Below are positions 1 through 7,622 of a stretch of 64,000 bases of DNA, piece after piece. The stretch lies in the NCBI GenBank assembly GCA_902776615.1, contig CACYQU010000002.1, positions 5,419 to 69,418 of the forward strand, given 5' to 3'. The notes beneath the pieces were generated by a model that saw only the letters and a program-made list of their open reading frames with translations, did no database searches and had not been told where the DNA came from. Position numbers and translations under genes: made by a program. Each line of letters begins with the position of its first letter. Position 1 is the first letter of the stretch. Source of the DNA: an uncultured bacterium. GTDB lineage: Bacteria > Verrucomicrobiota > Kiritimatiellia > RFP12 > UBA1067.

Positions 1-246
1 GGTTCCATAAACCAGCGTCGCGGTCGTGTCGAGGGTATGGAGGATCGCGCCGGCGTCAAGCTCATCAAGGCGACTGTTCCGCTAGGCGAGATGTTCGGCT
101 ATTCGAACGCCATCCGCACCGTGACCCAGGGTCGCGGAACCTTCACGATGATCTTCAAGCAGTACGAGCCCGTTCCGAAGGCGATCGCCGAGGAAGTCGT
201 GCAGAAGCGCATCAAAGAAGGCAAGGTTCGCGCATCCGCCGAATAA
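1..246 (+). CDS. fusA: Elongation factor G, C-terminal fragment (5' end lies outside the window)
   Basis: Frame 1 is open from base 1 ([18 protein letters not shown]...). [23 protein letters not shown] is the conserved EF-G C-terminal region. Stop TAA at 244-246. Confidence 0.8.
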   Translation, partial: GSINQRRGRVEGMEDRAGVKLIKATVPLGEMFGYSNAIRTVTQGRGTFTMIFKQYEPVPKAIAEEVVQKRIKEGKVRASAE

Positions 247-284
247 CCGGCAGTTCGAACTGAAACCGAAACAGGGCGACGCTT

Positions 285-1040
285 ATGCTAGAGGTCACCA
301 TATTGGCCATCTTGCAGGGCGTCGCCGAGTTTTTGCCCATTTCCAGTTCGGGCCATCTTGTCATCGGGCAACACCTTCTGGGCGTGAAGGAGCCTGGAAT
401 GCGGCTCGACTTGTTTTTGCACGTCGGCACGCTGCTGAGCATCTTCATTTTCTACTGGGCCACGGTTTGGCGTATCGTACGCAATCGCGAATGGCTATAC
501 GCGCTGAAAATCGCCGCAAGCGCCGTTCCTGCGGTTGTCGTCTACTTCTGCTTCAAGGACTTCATCGACGGCATGTTCGAGAACGCCCAGATGGTCGGGG
601 CGCTTCTTATGTTCACAGGCGCCGTGCTCATAGGTACGCGCTATTTGCCGCGCGGGTCGAAGGATGTGAGCTTGCTGCGCGCGCTCGCCATGGGGCTAGG
701 CCAGGCGATTGCGCTTTTGCCGGGCGTCTCACGAAGCGGAATGACTTTGGCCTGCGCTAGGGCAGGGCGGGTTGACGCCGAAAAGGCCGCGGAGTTTTCC
801 TTTCTCATGTCGGCGCCTCTCATACTCGGAGGCGCGGCGCTTGAATTGCTGAAGTCGCTGAGGGCGACATCCTCCGCTTCCGAAATCGGCTGGGGCCTTA
901 CTCTCTACGGGGCTGCTCTTGCGGCGGTTGTCGGATACGTCTCGCTGAAGATTCTCTTGAAGGCGCTCAAAGGAAAATGGTTCTGGATGTTCGGGCCATA
1001 CTGCCTTTGCGCCGGACTGCTCGTGCTGATTTGCGCTTGA
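285..1040 (+). CDS. uppP: Undecaprenyl-diphosphatase (BacA/UppP)
   Basis: 251 aa polytopic membrane protein. N-terminal ILQGVAEFLPISSSGHLV and later PGVSRSGMT are the two UppP signature motifs. Confidence 0.85.
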   Translation: MLEVTILAILQGVAEFLPISSSGHLVIGQHLLGVKEPGMRLDLFLHVGTLLSIFIFYWATVWRIVRNREWLYALKIAASAVPAVVVYFCFKDFIDGMFENAQMVGALLMFTGAVLIGTRYLPRGSKDVSLLRALAMGLGQAIALLPGVSRSGMTLACARAGRVDAEKAAEFSFLMSAPLILGGAALELLKSLRATSSASEIGWGLTLYGAALAAVVGYVSLKILLKALKGKWFWMFGPYCLCAGLLVLICA

Positions 1041-1088
1041 CGGACTTGCTCTCTGCGCGCTTTGCGGAGTTTTGGTATAATACTCCGC

Positions 1089-2366
1089 ATGAAAATAGAC
1101 ACTCTTTGCATTCAGGGCGGCTGGTCGCCTAAGTGCGGCGAACCGCGGCAGGTTCCGATCTACTCGTCGACTACTTTCAAGTACGACACGACGCAACACA
1201 TGGCCGATCTTTTCGACCTGAAGGCGTCGGGGTATTTCTACACGCGTCTGGCCAACCCGACGAACGATCAGGTCGCGAAGAAGATTGCCGCGCTGGAGGG
1301 TGGTGTCGCGGCGATACTCACGAGCTCCGGGCAGGCCGCTTCGACGTTCTCGATTCTCAACCTGTGCAACGCCGGCGACCATGTGGTGTCGTCCGCGCAG
1401 ATATACGGCGGCACGTTCAACCTGTTCGCGGTGTCTCTCAAGAAGCTTGGCATCGAATTCACGTTCGTCGATCCGGACGCAAGCGAGAAGGAGATACAGA
1501 AGGCGTTCCGTCCAAATACGAAGTGCGTCTTCGGCGAGACTGTCGCGAATCCGTCCGGCTGCGTGCTGGATATCGCGAAGTTCGCGAAGATCGCGCACCG
1601 AAACGGCGTGCCTCTGATAATCGACAACACCTTCCCTACGCCGATTCTCTGCCGTCCGTTCGAGTTCGGGTGCGACATCGTGACGCATGCGACGACCAAG
1701 TACATTGACGGGCATTCTTCGCAGGTCGGCGGTTGCATTGTCGATTCGGGCAACTTCGATTGGACGAAACATGCCGACAAGTTCCCCGGCCTCGTCGAGC
1801 CGGATCCATCCTACCACGGTCTCAGCTACACCAAGGCTTTCGGGAAGCTCGCCTATATAACGAAGTGCACCGCCCATCTGATGCGCGATTTCGGGTCTAT
1901 ACCCTCCCCGTTCAACGCTTTCCTCGTAAATCTCGGGCTTGAGAGCCTGCATCTCAGAATCCGTCGCCATGCCGAGAGTGCGCTCAAGATCGCCAAGTGG
2001 CTCAAGACGCAGAAGAAGGTGGCGTGGGTGAACTTCGCCGGGCTTCCCGGTTCGAAGTACTATAAGCTCGTCAAGAAGCAGTTCGACGGGCCGGCGCCGT
2101 GCGGTGTGATGACGTTCGGCATAAAGGGCGGGCGCGAGGCGTCCATCAAGTTCATGGACTCCCTCAAGCTCATAGGAATCGTCACCCACGTTGCGGATGC
2201 CTGGAGCTGCGTCCTCCACCCGGCTTCGCACACTCACAGGCAGCTTACCGACGAGCAGCTTCGCGCGGCAGGCATTCCTCCGGATCTCATAAGGTTTTCC
2301 GTCGGTCTGGAGGATCCGGACGATCTTATCGCCGACATCAAGCAGGCTCTTGCGAAGGTGAAATAG
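1089..2366 (+). CDS. metY: O-acetylhomoserine sulfhydrylase (PLP-dependent Cys/Met metabolism family)
   Basis: MKIDTLCIQGG... N-terminus and the PLP-lysine motif HATTKYIDGHS. ATG at 1089 is preferred over 1062 because a TGgTATAAT box ends 7 nt upstream of it. Confidence 0.8.
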   Translation: MKIDTLCIQGGWSPKCGEPRQVPIYSSTTFKYDTTQHMADLFDLKASGYFYTRLANPTNDQVAKKIAALEGGVAAILTSSGQAASTFSILNLCNAGDHVVSSAQIYGGTFNLFAVSLKKLGIEFTFVDPDASEKEIQKAFRPNTKCVFGETVANPSGCVLDIAKFAKIAHRNGVPLIIDNTFPTPILCRPFEFGCDIVTHATTKYIDGHSSQVGGCIVDSGNFDWTKHADKFPGLVEPDPSYHGLSYTKAFGKLAYITKCTAHLMRDFGSIPSPFNAFLVNLGLESLHLRIRRHAESALKIAKWLKTQKKVAWVNFAGLPGSKYYKLVKKQFDGPAPCGVMTFGIKGGREASIKFMDSLKLIGIVTHVADAWSCVLHPASHTHRQLTDEQLRAAGIPPDLIRFSVGLEDPDDLIADIKQALAKVK

Positions 2367-2402
2367 TCTAAATCTTATTGCGACCAACAGGGAACGAAGG
2401 CA

Positions 2403-5400
2403 ATGGAAAGAAAGTCAAGTTCGATGCTCGACAAGTTTGATTGGCTTGTCGCGGGAGTGTTTGCGCTGGCGTCGGCCGCGTTGTATTTTGCGACAAAGGC
2501 CGACTTTGTCTATCCGGGCGAAAGCGCGCATTTGATTGCGCTCTGGCGCGGACTTGACGCTGCCAACGTGTCGCCGTATCCGTTGACGGCCTGCATTGCC
2601 AAACTGCTTGGTTGCGGTAATGCGATTGCGCCTGTCTGCGGCGTAATCGCCACGGCGTCGGTGTATGTGCTCTCCGTGTTTTTCGTGCGCTTGCGAATCA
2701 ACGGAGAGCATATGCAGCGCTTTGCCGTTCCGGCCAGTCGGCTGGCTGGCGGAGTGGCGGCCACCATGTTCATGCTTACGCCGGCGGTGCGGTCGGCGGC
2801 GACCCATCTTGAGCCGCGCATGGTTTCTGTCGCATGGGCGCTTGTCGCGTTGCTTGTCGCACTGCCATGGTCGCGCGCGTCAAAGTGGACGGGTCGGTTC
2901 TATGCCATCGTTGTTGGCTTGATGTGGGGGCTTGGGGCCGCCGACACTCCGCTTTTCATTGTGCTTCTGCCGCTGGTGCTTGTGGCCGCCGTTGTGTTGC
3001 CTGTCCGCAGAGGCCGCAAGCCGTTTTCGGAAGTGTCCCTGTTCGTTTTGGCGGGGCTTGTCGCATTCTTCATCGCAGCTTCCGCCGGAACCGGAGACCT
3101 CGGTGAGACGCTGAAGACCCTGTGGAATGCCTTCAAGGCCTACACCGATCCCGACGGATGGATGATGGTGCTCTTCTTCACGACGATTCCTTTCGTCGTG
3201 TCGCTCTTCTCCAGCAACAAGGCGTTCAACGAGGAAAGCGGCTGGGTGCAGTGGACATTCCACATATCCATGGGCATCGCGTCGATCATCGCCGTAGCGA
3301 CTCCTCTTTCGGCGTCTTCGCTTATGGAATCCGCCGGCGTCGCGCCCGTTGCGGCAAGCCTGTTTGCGGCGTTTGTCGCCGGATATCTGGCGGCATACTG
3401 GCTGCTGGTGGCGTTCTCGTCGGTGCGAGTCAATGAATCGCAGGACAAGGCCCCCGTCGCAACCAAAGGCCGCGTTTTTGCGTATGTTGCAGGCGGTGTG
3501 CTGGCGGTCGTCTATCTCTTCACGGCCTTGTTCGGGCTGTTTGCGTTTGATTCATCCAGCGGTGCATTCGCCGACAGGATCGCCGCGCGGATGCTGGACG
3601 ACCTCGGCGATCGCACGTGGATCGTGACAGACGGAACATTCGATGACAATCTTCGCATCATGGCCGCCGATCGCGGCAGGGAGCTGAACATCGTATCCTT
3701 GAGCCGCGACCTCGACAAAGACTACCTCGACCATCTTGCGGCGATTGTGAAGGAGAAGAATGTAGGCGGTGTCCACAACGCCGACCTTTCTCTTTCGCTG
3801 ACGCTCGGAATACTTCCTTTCGTGCAGGATTGGTTTGCGTGCGATCCGACGGTGCCTGCGTCGCTTGTCGTATTCGGGGCGCCGGACCTGTGGCATTCTG
3901 CAGGAATGCAGTCCGTTCCCGAATTCGCGTTCTTCGGCGCCGACCCGGCCCGCAAGACCGACTGGGCGTCGGCTTGGAAGGAGATCGAGCCTTTCCTTTC
4001 CGCTCCTGCCGGATGGGGAAGCTACAGCCTCCGCAAGGTCAAGAACCCCATAGAACGCATGCGCCTTGAGCTGAGGCGGCACCTCGGCTTCGTGGCCAAC
4101 AATCTAGGCGTGTGGCTTCAGGATAACGGTCGCGACGATGAGGCTTTCGAGATGTACGAGCTAGTGCTCGAGACGATCGATCCGGATAATATCTGTGCGC
4201 TTTTCAATGCTTTCGAGATGGCGCAGGCCAAGCATCCCAAGGCTTCGGCCAGAAAGTTTTCGTACGAAAAGCGCCTCAAGGCCATTGTTGACGATCCAAA
4301 TCGCCGCTACAGGCTCTGGTCTCTTTCCACCTACTACGGGTACATCCGCAAGCCGGAGGTTTTGATCAGGCTTGGCTTCGCGTGGGCGCGCTCTGGACGT
4401 CCGGGCGAGGCGCTTGCGCAGATTCGCCGTGCGATCGACTTTATTCCCACCGATCGCCGCAGTTCGATTCTCAACATGATGGCGGCGCTTTACGCCAGCG
4501 AAGACGATCGTGCGAAATCCCGCGAGATGTACGAGCAGGTGCTTGCCAAGAACGCCGCCGACCATGACGCTCTCATAGGCATGATGCGGCTGTCGTTCAT
4601 GGAAGGCGACAACGAAAAGGCTCTTGAATATCTCGACCGGGCCGTGGCCGCAGGCGGAGACGATCCTCGCATTCGCATAGAGCTGGCGATGTCCGCTCTG
4701 ATGCGTCAGGATCTGCCGAAGGCCAAGTCGCTGCTGAAGCAGGTCACCGACGCCGACGCCTCCGACCTCAGAGCGTGGTCGCTCCTTGCCGCTGTGACGA
4801 TGCAGCAGAGCGACGCGGCCGCAACTCCTGCCGAGAAGGCCGTCTTCGACAAAGAGCTCGAGACCATGATTCTCCCTGCGATGGAAGCTCAGTCCAGAAG
4901 CCCGGAAGATTATTATGTGCAGACGACGAAGGCGTTTCTGCTGATGCGCAAAGGTGTCGAGAAGCGCCGCGAAGCCCGTGATGCTTTCGCAGTCGCCGCA
5001 AAGGCGCGCCCCGACATATCCGCCACGCAGGATCTCGTGATGGGGCTCGACATTTCCCTTGACGACCCTGAATCGGCGGAGCGCCATGCAAGGGATGTGC
5101 TCAAGCGCAATCGCAACAGCCCGCTTGCAAACTACATCATGGGTTCGCTTTCTCTCAGGCGCGACGACTATGATTCCGCCGAACGCTACCTGAGGAAGTC
5201 CGCCGACGCCAAAAACCCGGTTGTCCTTGCAATGAACGATCTGGCCGAAGTGCTCCGCCGGAAGAAGAGCTTTACCGAAGCCGAGCGGTATGCGCGAATG
5301 GCCGTAAAGACCAATCCCAAGCTGTATGTCGCCTGGGAAACGGTTGGATCCATCATCATGGATGCGAATGGCGATCTCGACGAGGCTCAGAGGTGCGTTG

Positions 5401-5597
5401 AAAAGGCGGTCGAGCTTTCGAAGGTGGACGGACGCGCTGAAGATGTCCGCATGCTGATATCGCTTGCACGCGTACTCACGATGAAGGGCGACAAGAAGAT
5501 GGCTCGCGTCACGCTCAGGAAGGTGCAGAGCCGTGTCGGGGAGCTGTCTGAATTCGAGAAGGGCGAATACGACGAACTGATGAAGAATGTTCGCTGA
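2403..5597 (+). CDS. Large polytopic membrane protein (about 10 TM helices, possible GT-C/DUF2723-like glycosyltransferase) with a long C-terminal TPR array
   Basis: 1064 aa. The first ~400 aa are hydrophobic helices, with a YPGESAHLIALW segment after TM1. The C-terminal ~600 aa show repeated TPR-like A/L/Y/E patterns (ALEYLDRAVAAGGDDP, AERYLRKSADAKNP, AERYARMAVKTNPK). The coding call is strong. The GT-C assignment is inference. Confidence 0.6.
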   Translation: MERKSSSMLDKFDWLVAGVFALASAALYFATKADFVYPGESAHLIALWRGLDAANVSPYPLTACIAKLLGCGNAIAPVCGVIATASVYVLSVFFVRLRINGEHMQRFAVPASRLAGGVAATMFMLTPAVRSAATHLEPRMVSVAWALVALLVALPWSRASKWTGRFYAIVVGLMWGLGAADTPLFIVLLPLVLVAAVVLPVRRGRKPFSEVSLFVLAGLVAFFIAASAGTGDLGETLKTLWNAFKAYTDPDGWMMVLFFTTIPFVVSLFSSNKAFNEESGWVQWTFHISMGIASIIAVATPLSASSLMESAGVAPVAASLFAAFVAGYLAAYWLLVAFSSVRVNESQDKAPVATKGRVFAYVAGGVLAVVYLFTALFGLFAFDSSSGAFADRIAARMLDDLGDRTWIVTDGTFDDNLRIMAADRGRELNIVSLSRDLDKDYLDHLAAIVKEKNVGGVHNADLSLSLTLGILPFVQDWFACDPTVPASLVVFGAPDLWHSAGMQSVPEFAFFGADPARKTDWASAWKEIEPFLSAPAGWGSYSLRKVKNPIERMRLELRRHLGFVANNLGVWLQDNGRDDEAFEMYELVLETIDPDNICALFNAFEMAQAKHPKASARKFSYEKRLKAIVDDPNRRYRLWSLSTYYGYIRKPEVLIRLGFAWARSGRPGEALAQIRRAIDFIPTDRRSSILNMMAALYASEDDRAKSREMYEQVLAKNAADHDALIGMMRLSFMEGDNEKALEYLDRAVAAGGDDPRIRIELAMSALMRQDLPKAKSLLKQVTDADASDLRAWSLLAAVTMQQSDAAATPAEKAVFDKELETMILPAMEAQSRSPEDYYVQTTKAFLLMRKGVEKRREARDAFAVAAKARPDISATQDLVMGLDISLDDPESAERHARDVLKRNRNSPLANYIMGSLSLRRDDYDSAERYLRKSADAKNPVVLAMNDLAEVLRRKKSFTEAERYARMAVKTNPKLYVAWETVGSIIMDANGDLDEAQRCVEKAVELSKVDGRAEDVRMLISLARVLTMKGDKKMARVTLRKVQSRVGELSEFEKGEYDELMKNVR

Positions 5598-6723
5598 AGC
5601 CATATTAGCTTCAACCCTTCAGATAGGACCGTTCTGGCAGCAGTGGATCGGGCACAAGGCATTGTGCCCGATCTGGTCGCGCGAGCAGACGGCAGAAACG
5701 GCGAAGTATCCGGCGGTCGACACCACCGATGTCCTGTGGCCGCTCTTTACTTCGCACAGAGACTGGTGGCGGTTCCTCTTTGTAATGCACTGCCAGACGC
5801 AGAAGGATGGCGGATACCAGTTCATGCTGTTCCCGGTCTGGTTCAACGGCAACGATCCCGAAAGCGGGGACTATTGGGGGCTGTTCCCGCTGTGGGGCCG
5901 CCATCCTCACTTTCTTATGATGAACGACTGGCGGTTTTGTCTGTGGCCGATTTGGATGCAGTACAAAACGCCGCGTCCTTCCGAGAATCGCTTGATGACG
6001 TCAAACGTCGTGCTGTTCCCGTTCTTCCATTGGCGCGACGATGGCTCGTGGGGCGTTTGGCCGCTGTGCGGAACGGGCCATCAGCGGGAAAGCGACCATC
6101 ATTACGCGCTGTGGCCTTTCTTTACATGGGCGCGATACCGCAAAGACCGCGACACGGCAGGCGAGGGTTCGTCATGGATGGCATGGCCGCTTTGGGCGGA
6201 CGTTTCACGCGAGCGCGAAAGCCAATGGATGTTCATTCCGCCTTTTTTCGGCCATTCGAAGACCCCCTCCGGCAGCCGGCTGCGCTGTCCGTGGCCTTTC
6301 TTCGAAAAAGAGTCCACCACGGCCAAGGAGCGACTTTCGGTGTTTCCTTTCTACGAAAAAGTATCACTAAAGGACTATCGCAAAGGAAAGTCGGAATCCG
6401 GCGTAACCCGCTTTGGATGGAGGCTTGTCGAAATCTACCGCAACGCTTCCGGTGAAGTGGAAGAGACTCGCGTGTTCCCGTTCTGGGCCAAAGGCCGTGG
6501 CTTTTTCAGGTTGTGGCCATTCTGGGCGACTGAGACGCTTGATGCAAAGAACGGCGTGACTTACAGCAGATGCCTTAATCTGATCCCTATCCGCTGGATA
6601 GACGCCATCGATCGCAATTGGTCGCCATACTGGACATTTTACGAGTCGGTTTCAAGACCGACACATACTGACCATTCTCTTCTTTGGGGGTTGATAAAAT
6701 GGCGGACGGAAGAAAGCTTGTGA
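5587..6723 (+). CDS. Hypothetical Trp/Phe-Pro repeat protein (about 16 copies of h-[WF]-P-h-[WF])
   Basis: 378 aa with LWPLF, LFPVWF, LFPLWG, LWPIWM, LFPFFHW, VWPLCG, LWPFFTW, AWPLWA, PWPFFE, VFPFYE, VFPFWA, LWPFWA at roughly 15-30 aa spacing. It overlaps the upstream gene by 11 nt. I recognise no family. Confidence 0.6.
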   Translation: MFAEAILASTLQIGPFWQQWIGHKALCPIWSREQTAETAKYPAVDTTDVLWPLFTSHRDWWRFLFVMHCQTQKDGGYQFMLFPVWFNGNDPESGDYWGLFPLWGRHPHFLMMNDWRFCLWPIWMQYKTPRPSENRLMTSNVVLFPFFHWRDDGSWGVWPLCGTGHQRESDHHYALWPFFTWARYRKDRDTAGEGSSWMAWPLWADVSRERESQWMFIPPFFGHSKTPSGSRLRCPWPFFEKESTTAKERLSVFPFYEKVSLKDYRKGKSESGVTRFGWRLVEIYRNASGEVEETRVFPFWAKGRGFFRLWPFWATETLDAKNGVTYSRCLNLIPIRWIDAIDRNWSPYWTFYESVSRPTHTDHSLLWGLIKWRTEESL

Positions 6724-7622
6724 AAATAGCCAGACTGTGGTCGCGGACTCTGCGCGTTGACCAGTGGACGAAAAACGGCATTGTAATGATGGCGTGGTTC
6801 TTTTCCGTTGCGGATTCGAGCCAGCGCGACATCGTGCGCGGATGGGAATCGTTTCTCATGGCGTTTGCCATGGCTGTGGCATTTTGCCTTGTTTCGTCCG
6901 CCTTCTATCTTCTGAACGACGTTTCGGATTACGATGCCGATCGCATGCATCCTGTGAAGCGCCATCGCCCTGTTGCGTCCGGGCTTGTCTCGCGAATGAC
7001 GGCCGTGCGGGTCGGCCTTACGCTTTTTGCGATAGGTTTCGCGTATCCGGCTCTTGTCGTAATGATACTTCCTTCCCGAACGCTTGCTTTCGGCACGGTG
7101 CTTGCCTACACGGTCATGCAATGCCTTTACACAGGCTTCATGAAGCGCATTCCGTATCTTGACGTGGTCACGCTTTCTGCCGGCTTCGTGCTTCGTGCAG
7201 TCGCCGGTGCGGCGATAATAACCGCGTACATTTCAATCTGGCTTCTCGTCTGCACTCTCACGCTTTCGATGTTTCTCGCATTCTGCAAGCGCAAGAACGA
7301 AATGGAGACCGCTGCCGAATCGCGCGAGGTTCTGCGCCGCTACCATCCAAACACGCTCAAGCTTTGCATTGTCATTTCGGGCGGGCTTTCGTTTGCAGAA
7401 TATCTCGTCTACACTCTTACTTCGAAGATGGGGGATCGCTTCCCCGGTCTTTGGGTCACTTCGCTTTTCGTGCTTGCCGGAATACTGCGGTATATGTATC
7501 TTGCCTGGGGAGCGGGCGATACAGGCCGCCCGGAGAAGGTTTTGCTTTCCGACAAGTTTCTATGGTGCATTTTGGCTGGATATGCCGCCTGCTCGGTCGC
7601 AGCCGTGGCGGTTTCACTGTGA
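6699..7622 (+). CDS. UbiA-family prenyltransferase, decaprenyl-phosphate phosphoribosyltransferase (DPPR synthase)-like
   Basis: RVDQWTKNGIV N-terminal motif and NDVSDYDADRMHPVKRHRPVASG (NDxxDxxxD followed by HPxKRxRP), as in the Rv3806c-type subfamily. ATG 6699 is preferred over TTG 6684. Confidence 0.7.
   Translation: MADGRKLVKIARLWSRTLRVDQWTKNGIVMMAWFFSVADSSQRDIVRGWESFLMAFAMAVAFCLVSSAFYLLNDVSDYDADRMHPVKRHRPVASGLVSRMTAVRVGLTLFAIGFAYPALVVMILPSRTLAFGTVLAYTVMQCLYTGFMKRIPYLDVVTLSAGFVLRAVAGAAIITAYISIWLLVCTLTLSMFLAFCKRKNEMETAAESREVLRRYHPNTLKLCIVISGGLSFAEYLVYTLTSKMGDRFPGLWVTSLFVLAGILRYMYLAWGAGDTGRPEKVLLSDKFLWCILAGYAACSVAAVAVSL

Noticed and set aside
729-2387. 552-aa ORF antisense to uppP/metY
   Set aside because: It is Arg/Pro/Ala/Gly-rich with no recognisable motif and lies exactly opposite a well-supported metY. 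This is the typical shadow ORF of high-GC DNA, where few stop codons occur on the antisense strand.
4161-5603. 480-aa ORF antisense to the TPR region
   Set aside because: Shadow ORF of high-GC coding DNA. It is low-complexity and Arg/His/Leu-rich, and the plus-strand frame has clear TPR periodicity.
7364-7618. Upstream 85 codons of the folC ORF (ATG 7364)
   Set aside because: This stretch overlaps the 3' end of the UbiA-like gene in another frame and has no FolC similarity. FolC homology begins at the GTG at 7619, which overlaps the upstream stop.
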